NCBI GenBank assembly: GCA_002898235.1
Contig: BEIL01000003.1
Location: forward strand, 2,264 to 66,263
Direction of reading: 5' to 3'
From: a bacterium HR35
GTDB lineage: Bacteria; Patescibacteriota; Minisyncoccia; UBA6257; HR35
DNA length: 64,000 bases
Below, in pieces: positions 1 through 9,664 of this stretch. The notes under the pieces were generated by a model. It saw only the letters and a list, made by a program, of their open reading frames with translations. It was not told the DNA's origin and searched no databases. Positions within the stretch are counted from its first letter, which is position 1. Every line of letters starts with the position of its first letter. The position numbers were made by a program, and so were the translations under genes.

Positions 1-327
1 ACTGCCTTCGAGGGAGTAATGAACGAGCAACTGGAAAGCCTCATCCTGATCGCCAAGGGGTTAGCAAAAACCGAATCAGAACGCAATGACGTTGACGCTG
101 TTATCCAAGCACATCTCAGCGGCGAAAAGGTAATGGGGCAGTTTAAACAACTTCTGACCCGCATCGTTCAGAACTTCCTCGAGGAGTTTCAAGAAAAGCG
201 AGCGGAGGTTCTGCGGGATCCTTCTTATATCTCGGCTATTCTTGAAAGGGGTGCCGAGATAGCTAAGGATAACGCAGAAGAAACGCTTAGCGCCGCCATG
301 GATGCTTTGCAACTAAAAAGGGGCTAA
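1..327 (+). CDS. C-terminal part of a tryptophanyl-tRNA synthetase-like protein (5' truncated by window edge)
   Basis: Frame is open from base 1. The ending 'FQEKRAEVLRDPSYISAILERGAEIAKDNAEETLSAAMDALQL' resembles the bacterial TrpRS C-terminal helices. GC is about half, far above the rest of the window. Confidence 0.65.
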   Translation, partial: TAFEGVMNEQLESLILIAKGLAKTESERNDVDAVIQAHLSGEKVMGQFKQLLTRIVQNFLEEFQEKRAEVLRDPSYISAILERGAEIAKDNAEETLSAAMDALQLKRG

Positions 328-355
328 GAGGTACAAAACTCTTAGCCCCTTTTTA
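314..355. terminator. Intrinsic terminator (bidirectional type)
   Basis: Perfect 17-bp inverted repeat taaaaaggggctaagag / ctcttagcccctttttA with an 8-nt loop and A/T tracts on both sides; overlaps the stop codon of ORF 1-327. Confidence 0.85.
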
Positions 356-360
356 AAATT

Positions 361-1551
361 ATGAAAAATTTGCGGTACATAATTAATAATAGAAAAACCA
401 AATTTTATGAAATATTAAAAGAAATAGCACTAGAAGAAAATAGATCCTTTAAAGATATTATAAAAGAGTATAACCAATTACTAAAAGAAAGCAAATTTTC
501 AAATAAAAATTTAAACAAAATAATTAAAAAATTCGGATATACTAAAATTTCCAGAAAATTCAGTTTATATGGGTATAAACTAAATTATAAGTTTTCTCAT
601 TATTATAATTTAGAGATATTTAAAAAAATTCCTCCACAAGAAGTAGCTATCGTAACAGGTTTCGGTCCTACAAATCCACCAACAGCTGGAACTCTAGCAT
701 CTATTTTTAGAGCAATCGAATTGCAAAAAAATACAGGGGTTTATACCCATATAACAATATCGGAATTTGGCGCACTAAATTCTAGACAAAGGCCATTGGA
801 AGAATTAATTCAAAACTCATATAAGTTTATTTCTTTTATTAAAGAATTAGGATTTAATCAGAAAAATGGAGAAATTAGAACCCATAACGACCATGATCAT
901 GCAAGAATATTTTCTCTTGTTGCAAGTGTTTTAACCACTAAAGATCTTTTAAAAAATCTTGAAGTTACTTATAATACCTACAAAAGATTGAATTTATTAG
1001 GTAATGATTTCTCGAGAATGGTTAGCAGAGCTTATGTAATATCAGATATCTTATTACCAATAATCCGGGATAAAAAACGCGGCGTAATAGTACCATTAGG
1101 ATTAGAAGAACATCATCATCCATATCTAGCAAGAATAGTTCTCGAAAGATTGAAATTAAAATATAAAAATTTGATTCGTCAAGATGCAGATGTAGGAGCA
1201 TTATATAATAGAATTATTCCAGGGCTTTTCCCGTATTTTAAAATGTCAAAAAGTATTCCGCAGTCCTCTATTAATTTAGGAGATAATGTTGAAGAATTAC
1301 AAAAAAAAATTATTAATTGTAAAAAAATAGACGAAGAAATTATTTTAAAAATGATGTCTCTGGTTTCTGATTGGGATGAAAATAAATTAAAAAAAGCTGA
1401 AAGGGCATTTAATAATCTAAAAAAAGATTACAGAAGCTGGGTAAAGTTTAAATTTGATTATTTAAATTTTTTCATCAAAATAAAAAATATTTGGGAAAAT
1501 ACGAAGTATCCTAAAAATTTTAATTTACATAAAGAAATTTTTAAAAAATAA
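361..1551 (+). CDS. Class Ic aminoacyl-tRNA synthetase paralog (TrpRS-like, archaeal-type layout) with degenerate HIGH motif
   Basis: IVTGFGPTNPPTAGT in place of TGxxPSG..HIGH; VPLGLEEHHHPYLAR in place of VPVGxDQxPHxxLxR; intact KMSKS followed by SSINLGD. Confidence 0.7.
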   Translation: MKNLRYIINNRKTKFYEILKEIALEENRSFKDIIKEYNQLLKESKFSNKNLNKIIKKFGYTKISRKFSLYGYKLNYKFSHYYNLEIFKKIPPQEVAIVTGFGPTNPPTAGTLASIFRAIELQKNTGVYTHITISEFGALNSRQRPLEELIQNSYKFISFIKELGFNQKNGEIRTHNDHDHARIFSLVASVLTTKDLLKNLEVTYNTYKRLNLLGNDFSRMVSRAYVISDILLPIIRDKKRGVIVPLGLEEHHHPYLARIVLERLKLKYKNLIRQDADVGALYNRIIPGLFPYFKMSKSIPQSSINLGDNVEELQKKIINCKKIDEEIILKMMSLVSDWDENKLKKAERAFNNLKKDYRSWVKFKFDYLNFFIKIKNIWENTKYPKNFNLHKEIFKK

Positions 1552-1607
1552 AAAAACCTGTCTTTAAATTAATCTCTTAAAAATATACAGCTTAATATTG
1601 TTTTTGC

Positions 1608-2783
1608 TTATTCTAAATTTATAGCGTTCAAGAGGAAATTGAAATTCTTTTTATAATCTAACCCTGATATTACTGAGTAGCATTTTACATTTCTAAATAA
1701 TCTATTTAACTCTCTTTTCATGTTTGCTTCTTCTTTGAATTTATTAAATTTGATTAACTTTCTAAAAAGTTCAGTTGTAGGAGCAAAGCTTATTTCTAAA
1801 AATCTATTTACAATTTTTACTGGGTTTATTTTTTTTATAGCCATTTCTGTTGCGTTTTTTTTAAGGCTGACATCAAGAACGTGGGTTATTGTTTTTCTTA
1901 TTACATTATTTCTTTCTTTACATAAATTTTCGAAGTAGATTGATATTTGTTTTTTCTTACCGAGTTGAAATAATTGTTTTTTAGATTTAATTAAACTGTC
2001 TAAAAAACTATTCTTAATTATAATGCCACATCTATTCAAAAAATCCTTAAACTCAAAATATGTTCCAATCCTTATATTAAAATAATTTCTTACATTATAA
2101 TCAAGGATTTTACCAAATTTAGTTATATAAGTAGTTTCCTCAGTTACAATTTGCCAATTATTCTCTAAGAATAACAAAGAAAAAGTGGTTTTCCCGCTTA
2201 GAGAGGGACCGGTTATTAAAATATTATACTTGCCATTACTTACCAATCCTCCATGAATTGCGTATAAATCCCCACAAGCCAAATATGGTATCAATAACAA
2301 AATATTAATCATTGTTATAGCTTTTTTTTCGTTAGATGTTACAATTAAAGAATAATTTGATTCTGTATTATAAATACAGTAAAGATATTCATAACATTTG
2401 ATAATATAAAATTTTTCATCGTTTGTACATTTAGCTTTTGAAGTTTTATAAGTTGCTTTATTAAATTTTTCAACTTCATAATTTGTTAACCAAGCCGAGT
2501 TTTGAAATAAATATTTTACTTCCCTAAAAATATCTTTGTTATTGGTAATAAATATCTTAATAACTTCATTAAAATTATCTGATTTATTATTTGATTTTTT
2601 AAACAAATTATTAAATACCGAGCATAATTTCTTCAAACTATCAAAATATAGGCTATGATTACAGACAATATCAGTTTTTAAATCACTGCCTTTTAATGCA
2701 AAAGATGAGCAGTTATAATCATGTTTTATTGTTTTAATGCTTTCGTTAAAAATTTTATCAATTTTTATGGTTAAATCCATCAT
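1608..2783 (-). CDS. HPr kinase-related P-loop kinase
   Basis: AIHGGLVS...ITGPSLSGKTT (His motif + Walker A), then QIVTEE where HprK-like kinases have DD. Confidence 0.7.
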   Translation of the reverse strand: MMDLTIKIDKIFNESIKTIKHDYNCSSFALKGSDLKTDIVCNHSLYFDSLKKLCSVFNNLFKKSNNKSDNFNEVIKIFITNNKDIFREVKYLFQNSAWLTNYEVEKFNKATYKTSKAKCTNDEKFYIIKCYEYLYCIYNTESNYSLIVTSNEKKAITMINILLLIPYLACGDLYAIHGGLVSNGKYNILITGPSLSGKTTFSLLFLENNWQIVTEETTYITKFGKILDYNVRNYFNIRIGTYFEFKDFLNRCGIIIKNSFLDSLIKSKKQLFQLGKKKQISIYFENLCKERNNVIRKTITHVLDVSLKKNATEMAIKKINPVKIVNRFLEISFAPTTELFRKLIKFNKFKEEANMKRELNRLFRNVKCYSVISGLDYKKNFNFLLNAINLE

Positions 2784-2801
2784 TTCTCTATTTTTATCAT
2801 T

Positions 2802-3917
2802 TTATATAAGTTTAAATTTTTTTATGATATCATAAGAAAATACTCTTTCAATTAAATCACCATGATGTTTCATTTTAATCTCAGGATTATACTGATCGAA
2901 AATCACGTTAATAAAATCGTCATTGTTTATATAATTTCTGAATTTAAAAACTAGATTTTTAACATTATCTATCTCTAAAATATCTGGAAATATTTCAGAA
3001 ATATAATTTAAAGCAAAAAACACATATTTATCAAAACCGTACTTACAAGAGACTTCCAATATTATATCTAGGTTAATCTTGTTAAAATAAGATTGAATAA
3101 AAGTATATATATCAACGAATTTATATAAGTCTAAAACCTTCCTTTTCTTAATCACGTCTATTAAAGCTGATTCCTTATAGAAGTGAATGCATAATTGAAT
3201 AAATAAATATTCTTTTTTTAAAGTATAAATAAAAAAATTGTTATCAATAGGAATAAGAGTTTTTTCTTTTAAAAAACATTCTACTATTTCGCCATTAGAT
3301 TTATTAGATTCCCAATCTAAAGAAAAATTAACGTCCACATTAATTGTTTTAAGAGTATTTTCATCAACAGTTTTAACAAAAGGAGCTGTCTCGCCTTTAG
3401 TATTCATATATTGTGTAACAACCTCTTGTGGAAATTTTTCAATTGTGTTTTTTTTATAATTATATTTACCCTGAATAAAACCTAATTTATACAAAATATC
3501 TTTTACTTGCAGAATAGAGTTTCTAGATATTAAAATATCAATATCATTAAAAGCTCTAGCTCCAAGAGGATAAATAGTAAAAGAAAAAACGCTTCCCTTT
3601 AAAAATACGTGTTCTATATTTGCTTTTTGTAATTCAGAAGAAATGATTTTAATATATTCTTTTTGTAACATAGCTCGTATATATTGTGCTTGATTAATCA
3701 TATATAAAGTAAAAAAAACAGGAAAATCTAATTTTTCTAAGCATCCTATTGTTTTTAGAGTTTCGTACGCAAGGCCAGCAACGCGATGATAACATAAATA
3801 TCCTAGAATCTCGATCCAATTTAAGTTGTTATCTTCGATTATTTTTAGCAATTCATCTCTATTTCTTTTATTTCCTAATCTTACTAGCTTTAACACTGCT
3901 TCGTATTCTTTTTTCAT
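2802..3917 (-). CDS. Nucleotidyltransferase family protein (NTP_transf_5-like)
   Basis: VFLKGSVF...YPLGARAFNDIDILI signature; N-terminal NWIEILGYLCYHRVAGL; late 'QLCIHFYKE...KFVDIY'. Confidence 0.8.
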   Translation of the reverse strand: MKKEYEAVLKLVRLGNKRNRDELLKIIEDNNLNWIEILGYLCYHRVAGLAYETLKTIGCLEKLDFPVFFTLYMINQAQYIRAMLQKEYIKIISSELQKANIEHVFLKGSVFSFTIYPLGARAFNDIDILISRNSILQVKDILYKLGFIQGKYNYKKNTIEKFPQEVVTQYMNTKGETAPFVKTVDENTLKTINVDVNFSLDWESNKSNGEIVECFLKEKTLIPIDNNFFIYTLKKEYLFIQLCIHFYKESALIDVIKKRKVLDLYKFVDIYTFIQSYFNKINLDIILEVSCKYGFDKYVFFALNYISEIFPDILEIDNVKNLVFKFRNYINNDDFINVIFDQYNPEIKMKHHGDLIERVFSYDIIKKFKLI

Positions 3918-3938
3918 TAATAATATTATCCATGATTA

Positions 3939-4823
3939 TTAGGTTACTTCAAAGTAATTATTTGCCGTGCAACCGACCTCTAATTGTACAGGGAATTCTT
4001 CGTCTAATCTTTTCCAATCTTCATAAAGAATTTCAAAGTTTTCCGTATCTAAAATTTCATCTATATGATCCTTATTTGAGCTTTTGAATACAATTTCCAC
4101 ACAATCTTGTTGCAAAAGCCATTTAACAGCAATTTGGACATTCGTTTTATTGTACTTTTTAGCAACTTCATCTAACAATTTATAAGTACCTTCAGGATAA
4201 AATGGGTCTGGACATCCTGGATACAGTAAACGAATAGGCCTCCACGCAATAAATCTAATTCTATTTTTTCTACAATAATCAATAATCTTTTTTCTTTGAG
4301 ATTCACGGCATACTAAATTATATTGATTTTGAACTGCGTATACTGGTTTTTTTAATAATTGAGAGTATTTTTTTATAGTATCGATTCCAACATTACTTAA
4401 TCCAATATTCTTTATAAGACCCATATCTAGAAGTTTATTCAGAGCTGCGATTGTTTCATTTATAGGAATTTCTGGATTCTGTTTGTGAATGTAATACACA
4501 TCTATATACGATGTTTGGAGTCTTTCGAGAGATTTCTTACAAGATTCAATAACAGCATCATAAAAAAGATTGTATTCACGAACTTTAGTGGCTATAACAA
4601 GCCTATTTCTAGAAAAGCATTTGATTGCTTCTCCTATCAACATTTCTGTCTTTCCACCCGCATAACTTTCTGAAGTATCTATTTGAAATATACCTTTTTT
4701 AATTGCATATCTAATAGCTTCAACATCCCTCTCGTCATCGTTATTTGGATCAGATGTTACATACCCTCCCATACCAAATGTTCCTAGCCAAATTTTTTGT
4801 TTGTAATAACTTCTTTTAATCAT
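3939..4823 (-). CDS. Aldo/keto reductase
   Basis: LGTFGMGG, IDTSESYAGGKTE (catalytic D/Y), IATKV, SLERLQTSYIDVYYIH, IGLSN, QNQYNL. Confidence 0.9.
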   Translation of the reverse strand: MIKRSYYKQKIWLGTFGMGGYVTSDPNNDDERDVEAIRYAIKKGIFQIDTSESYAGGKTEMLIGEAIKCFSRNRLVIATKVREYNLFYDAVIESCKKSLERLQTSYIDVYYIHKQNPEIPINETIAALNKLLDMGLIKNIGLSNVGIDTIKKYSQLLKKPVYAVQNQYNLVCRESQRKKIIDYCRKNRIRFIAWRPIRLLYPGCPDPFYPEGTYKLLDEVAKKYNKTNVQIAVKWLLQQDCVEIVFKSSNKDHIDEILDTENFEILYEDWKRLDEEFPVQLEVGCTANNYFEVT

Positions 4824-4894
4824 AATTATATATATTATAATTTTAATTGTTTTGTTTAAATAATTTAAAATTGCAATTTAATCAAATTATTAAA

Positions 4895-6256
4895 CTATTC
4901 ACAAAGCAAAAGCTTGGTTAATCTATTAAATTTTTCAACATCTCCACCAGAATAATAAATCAAATCTTCTATAACCCTAATACCTTCCCCCGAGTTTATG
5001 ACTTCTACTGCTAAATTTGCACCATATTTCAAATCATTAACTATTTCTAAACCTAAAAGATTTAAAGCTACTTCCATAGCTACAACCTGTTTAATACTTT
5101 CATTACTTTTACCAGCCAAAAGTTTAATAAATTCACTTAAATTTTCTATTGTATTTTGTCTACTTTCGATATACTTAATTGGCTTAAAACAAAAACCAAA
5201 ATCTTTCGGAGTAACTGTTTTAATAACTATTTGTCCTTTTATACTTTGAGCAATTTCAGTATTACCATTTATTGATACTTGATCAATAACTGGTTTACCA
5301 TTATAATTTTTACCTTGAATCACAAGTATATTTTTTTTAGGATATAATTTACTCAAGATAGCTAAGCATAATTGTGTTGAACCCCTTGTTAACCCATAAT
5401 TTATTAAATCAGCGTCAATTGGATTAACTATAGCTGCTCCACCAACCAGACCAGCGAAAACTTGCACATCATATAAACGACCATTATAAACTTGATTTAG
5501 CTTTGGTACAATTCTATTAATATCAAATATTCCAACTCCTGTTTTAAGCATAATTTCTATCATTTTTTCTATTGGCAAATTTAAATTTATACCCGCGCTT
5601 TCAAAAATATCGGTAGAACCAGTTACACTTGAAGTAGATCTAGAAGCTGTTTTTGTTATTAAAATATTTTTTCCTAGAACTTTACCTACTGCTGCGGTAA
5701 TAATAGCATTCATAGAACTAATGTTTAGTAATTTAGTTTCTTTTTTACCACTACCAGCTAAATTTATAACTTTGACTTCGCTAGTCAATTTTATCTTTCT
5801 ATCAATATCAAAATTATCTAAACTAAAAGCTGATTTTATTATTGCTAATCCATAATTAACTGCTATTTCTAGATTTTTAGAATTATTCATAAATGACCAT
5901 AAAGCGCCGTAAAAATAACCCATTAAAATATCCCTTTTTTGTGGGTCATTAGGATATGTAAGAATATCTAAAAATAAATTACCTATTTCAAGTGGAGACA
6001 AGATACCTCCATTAAGCAAAAAAACACATTTTTCGAGAATTTCGTTATTAGCAAATTTTCCATAATCTTTATTTGGAAATTCTTTGAATTTCGAAAAGTA
6101 ATACAAAAGGATAATACCTTCATAAACTTTAAAATTGCGATTAGAATTATTAATAAGTTTTAATATTAAATAAGCTTCTGCTTTATTGAAATCTTTACCA
6201 GAAGTTAATTTTTGAGTAAATTTAACGATTTTTTTTATAATATTTTCGTCCATCAT
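4895..6256 (-). CDS. Anthranilate phosphoribosyltransferase (TrpD)-like protein with altered substrate motifs and N-terminal extension
   Basis: NLAGSGKKETKLLNISS..TKTASRSTSSVTGSTDIFESAGINL aligns by eye to TrpD GTGGD..NIST..KHGNRSVSSKSGSADVLEALG; TPKDFG and C-terminal 'AVEVINSGEG'. Confidence 0.75.
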   Translation of the reverse strand: MMDENIIKKIVKFTQKLTSGKDFNKAEAYLILKLINNSNRNFKVYEGIILLYYFSKFKEFPNKDYGKFANNEILEKCVFLLNGGILSPLEIGNLFLDILTYPNDPQKRDILMGYFYGALWSFMNNSKNLEIAVNYGLAIIKSAFSLDNFDIDRKIKLTSEVKVINLAGSGKKETKLLNISSMNAIITAAVGKVLGKNILITKTASRSTSSVTGSTDIFESAGINLNLPIEKMIEIMLKTGVGIFDINRIVPKLNQVYNGRLYDVQVFAGLVGGAAIVNPIDADLINYGLTRGSTQLCLAILSKLYPKKNILVIQGKNYNGKPVIDQVSINGNTEIAQSIKGQIVIKTVTPKDFGFCFKPIKYIESRQNTIENLSEFIKLLAGKSNESIKQVVAMEVALNLLGLEIVNDLKYGANLAVEVINSGEGIRVIEDLIYYSGGDVEKFNRLTKLLLCE

Positions 6257-6263
6257 TAAAATT

Positions 6264-7700
6264 TCAACCTTTAATTACTCCAATTGGAACTAATTTGACT
6301 ATTTTTTTAGCAATGCCAATATTATGAACAACATCAACAACTTCTGACACATCTTTATAAGCTTCTGGTGCTTCTTCAGCAAGACCAGACATACTTCCAG
6401 CAGCAACTGAAATCCCTCTTGCTTCTAATTCTTTTTTTAATTCACTTCCTCTTATTTTTCTTTTTGCTTCTGCTCTGGACATCATTCTTCCTGCGCCATG
6501 TGGAGCTGAACCAAAAGAAATCTTTTTAGCTAATTCTTGGCCAATTAAAACATAACTACTTGTTCCCATTGATCCTGGAATTAGTGTTGGCTGACCAATT
6601 TGACGATATTTTTCAGGAAGCTCAGGGTGCCCTTGCCAAAAAGCCCTAGTTGCTCCTTTTCGATGAACTAATAATTTTTTATTATCGTATTCTTCAATCT
6701 TAACTATATTGTGAGCAATATCATAAACTTGTTTTAATTCAATTTCTTTACCAAAAACTTTTTTAAATGCTTTTCTAACTTCATAAGTAATAAGTTGCCT
6801 GTTAGTAAAAGCAAAATTAGCTGCAGCTTTCATTGCTGCTAAATAATCTTGACCAAGTTCATGACTATAAGGAAAATAAGCTAATTCTCTATCAACTAAA
6901 TCAATTCCTTGTTTATCTAAATATCTTAAAGCTTCTCGAATATAATCAGTGGCAACTTGATGACCTAAACCTCTTGAGCCACAATGAATTAAAACACAAA
7001 CTTTATTTTTTTCTAAACCCAATTTTTTACCAATTTCTTCATCAAAAATTTCAGCTACTCTTTGAATTTCAACAAAATGATTGCCAGCACCAATTGTTCC
7101 TAATTGATCCCTACCCCTATCTTTAGCTGTTTTCGAAACTTTATCAGCTTCAGCTCCTTCAATTTTCCCATAACTTTCAGTTGCTTCTAAATCTTCTTTT
7201 TCAGCATAACCAATTTCATAAAGCCATTTTGCTCCTTCTTCTAAAACTTTTTTCATTTCATCATTATTTAACTTCCAAAAACCTCCTCGACCAACACCAG
7301 AAGGAACCTCTTTAAAAATTTGCTCTGTTAACTTTGGTATTTTATCTTTAATTTCCTCATAATAAAAAGGAGAAACCAAAAGACGAACGCCACAATTGAT
7401 GTCATACCCACAAATCCCAGGAGAAATAATTCCCTCATTTGTATCAAAAGCAGCAACACCTCCCACTGGCGAGCCATAGCCTTCATGGATATCAGGCATT
7501 GCTAAGGAATATTTAAAAATACCAGGTAAAGTGGTTAAATTAACTAATTGCCATAAACTTTTATCTTCTAAAATATCAGCCAACATTTTTTCCGAAGCAA
7601 AAAGACGAGCTGGCACTTTCATATCTTCACGAAAACTTTGAGGAATTTCCCAAATATAATCTGAAATTTTAATTAAATCTTTTTTCTCAGGTTTCTTCAT
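6264..7700 (-). CDS. rtcB: RNA-splicing/repair ligase RtcB
   Basis: MPDIHEGYG, GYDINCGVR, GNHFVE, HCGSRGLGHQ, HRKGATRA, HGAGR motifs. Confidence 0.97.
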   Translation of the reverse strand: MKKPEKKDLIKISDYIWEIPQSFREDMKVPARLFASEKMLADILEDKSLWQLVNLTTLPGIFKYSLAMPDIHEGYGSPVGGVAAFDTNEGIISPGICGYDINCGVRLLVSPFYYEEIKDKIPKLTEQIFKEVPSGVGRGGFWKLNNDEMKKVLEEGAKWLYEIGYAEKEDLEATESYGKIEGAEADKVSKTAKDRGRDQLGTIGAGNHFVEIQRVAEIFDEEIGKKLGLEKNKVCVLIHCGSRGLGHQVATDYIREALRYLDKQGIDLVDRELAYFPYSHELGQDYLAAMKAAANFAFTNRQLITYEVRKAFKKVFGKEIELKQVYDIAHNIVKIEEYDNKKLLVHRKGATRAFWQGHPELPEKYRQIGQPTLIPGSMGTSSYVLIGQELAKKISFGSAPHGAGRMMSRAEAKRKIRGSELKKELEARGISVAAGSMSGLAEEAPEAYKDVSEVVDVVHNIGIAKKIVKLVPIGVIKG

Positions 7701-8344
7701 TTTTGATTAGCTAACTCTTTTTCTATTTCTTTTTCTAGAGAATCATAACTAGTTAAAGTTACCAACTTTCTATTAACAAAAAAACTTGGCGTTCCTTGAA
7801 GTCCAAACTTTAAAGCTTCACTCCTTTCATTTAGAATTTTTTCTTTTATTTCTTGGTTTTCAAAATCTTTTTTGAATTTATCTAAATCCAAATTCAGGGT
7901 TTTAGCATAGGAAAGAAAAAGTTCTTTTGGATTCGGAGAATTCTTCCATTCTGCTTGTTTTTCAAAAAGAAGGTTATGCATTTCCCAAAACTTTCCTTGT
8001 TTGCTAGCTGCTTCAGCTGCTTGAGCTGCCATTAATGCCTTAGGATGAATTTCGATTAAAGGTAAATGACGATAAATAAAAACAACTTCATCTTTATACT
8101 TTTCTTTTAGAGATTTCACTCTAGGATAAAAAGACTGGCAAGCTGGACATTCAAAATCTGAATATTCAATTACGACAATTTTTGCCTTATTTAAATCACC
8201 TAAAATGTGATCTGTTTCTCTAGGAAAAACATCATATTCTTTTTTAGCCAAGCGAAAACTGCTAACAAATCCCATAAAAACTAAAGAAAAAATAACTAAA
8301 CCAACAAAAATTGTAAAAAAAATGTTGTTTCTATTTTTATCCAT
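7697..8344 (-). CDS. DsbA-family thiol:disulfide oxidoreductase, membrane-anchored
   Basis: N-terminal TM; EYSDFECPAC; QGKFWEMH; GTPSFFVN. Confidence 0.92.
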   Translation of the reverse strand: MDKNRNNIFFTIFVGLVIFSLVFMGFVSSFRLAKKEYDVFPRETDHILGDLNKAKIVVIEYSDFECPACQSFYPRVKSLKEKYKDEVVFIYRHLPLIEIHPKALMAAQAAEAASKQGKFWEMHNLLFEKQAEWKNSPNPKELFLSYAKTLNLDLDKFKKDFENQEIKEKILNERSEALKFGLQGTPSFFVNRKLVTLTSYDSLEKEIEKELANQK

Positions 8345-8407
8345 TTTAAGAATAATTATAACAAAATTGCTTTCTTAAATCATCGGTTTTATAATAAAAC
8401 AAAAAGT

Positions 8408-9664
8408 ATGGATAAAAAGCTTTGGCAAATAATTGAAAAGGAAATAAAAAGACAAGAAGAAACATTAGAGCTTATACCTTCAGAAAATTTTGTTGATTTA
8501 GAAACTTTATTTATTGTTGGCTCACCTTTGATGAATAAATATGCTGAAGGCTATCCAGGTAAAAGATATTATCCGGGCAATAAATTTATTGATGAAATTG
8601 AAAATTTAGCTAAAGAAAGAGCTTTGAAAGCTTTTAAATTAAATCCGAGTGAATGGTCAGTAAATGTTCAGCCTTATTCAGGCTCGCCAGCAAATTTGGC
8701 TGTTTATTTAGCTTTAGCTGAACCAGGAGAAACAATAATGGGATTAAATTTATTTCATGGCGGTCATTTAACTCATGGTCATAAGGTAAGTTATACAGGA
8801 AAATTGTTTAAGGCAGTTCAGTATGGAGTTAATCCTCAAACTGAAACAATTGATTATGAAGAATTGCAAAAATTAGCTTTAGAATACAAACCAAAAATTA
8901 TTATTTCAGGAACAACCGCTTATCCAAGAGTAATTGATTTCAAAAGAATTGGAGAAATTGCTAAAAAAGTTGGAGCTTATCATGTAGCTGATATTGCTCA
9001 TATTGCTGGACTTGTTATTGCTGGCCTTCATCCCTCACCTTTTCCTTTTGCTGATGTAGTTACCATGACAACTCATAAAACTTTAAAAGGACCAAGAGGA
9101 GCAGTTATTTTTATGAGAAAGGAATTAGAAGAAAAAATTAATAAGTCTGTTTTTCCTGGACTTCAAGGAGGACCTCATATGCATACAATTAGTGGAATTG
9201 CTTATGCCTTTGGCAAAGCTTTAAAAAAAGATTTTCATAATTATCAAAAACAAATTGTTAAAAATGCAAAAGTTTTAGCTGAAGAACTTAAAAAAAGAGG
9301 TTTTAAATTATATACTGGTGGAACTGATAATCATCTAATGATGATCGATTTAAAACCCTTAAATTGGGACGGAAAAACAGCTGAAGAATTGCTTGAAAGA
9401 GCAAATATTGTTGCTAATCGCAATTCTTTGCCTTCAGATACTTCTCCTTTTAATCCAACAGGAATAAGATTAGGAACACCAGCGATCACTAGCAGAGGAA
9501 TGAAAGAAAAGGAAATGAAAATTATTGCTGAATTTTTTGAAAGAATCTTAATTAAAAAAGAAAAACCAGAAAAAATTAAAAAAGAAGTTATCAAATTAAC
9601 AAAAAAGTTTCCTTTGCCTTATTTGAGGTGGTTAAAGATGGCTAAAAAATTTATTCAGGAATAA
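8408..9664 (+). CDS. glyA: Serine hydroxymethyltransferase
   Basis: [38 protein letters not shown] (PLP Lys), FPGLQGGP. Confidence 0.98.
   Translation: MDKKLWQIIEKEIKRQEETLELIPSENFVDLETLFIVGSPLMNKYAEGYPGKRYYPGNKFIDEIENLAKERALKAFKLNPSEWSVNVQPYSGSPANLAVYLALAEPGETIMGLNLFHGGHLTHGHKVSYTGKLFKAVQYGVNPQTETIDYEELQKLALEYKPKIIISGTTAYPRVIDFKRIGEIAKKVGAYHVADIAHIAGLVIAGLHPSPFPFADVVTMTTHKTLKGPRGAVIFMRKELEEKINKSVFPGLQGGPHMHTISGIAYAFGKALKKDFHNYQKQIVKNAKVLAEELKKRGFKLYTGGTDNHLMMIDLKPLNWDGKTAEELLERANIVANRNSLPSDTSPFNPTGIRLGTPAITSRGMKEKEMKIIAEFFERILIKKEKPEKIKKEVIKLTKKFPLPYLRWLKMAKKFIQE

Noticed and set aside
1552-4894. RiPP precursor peptide for the kinase/nucleotidyltransferase pair
   Set aside because: Intergenic gaps are only about 18-71 nt with no convincing ORF, and no PqqD/RRE, lasso cyclase or radical SAM gene is in the window (one could lie left of base 1).
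6264-7700. Alternative genetic code (TGA=Gly, as in Gracilibacteria/Absconditabacteria)
   Set aside because: TGA terminates rtcB, rpoB and efp at the expected ends, and conserved genes are uninterrupted under code 11.
9625-9664. SD-like GAGGTGG + ATG (MAKKFIQE) at the end of glyA suggesting a gene remnant
   Set aside because: In frame with glyA and only 8 codons long; explained as a C-terminal extension overlapping convergent rpmA.
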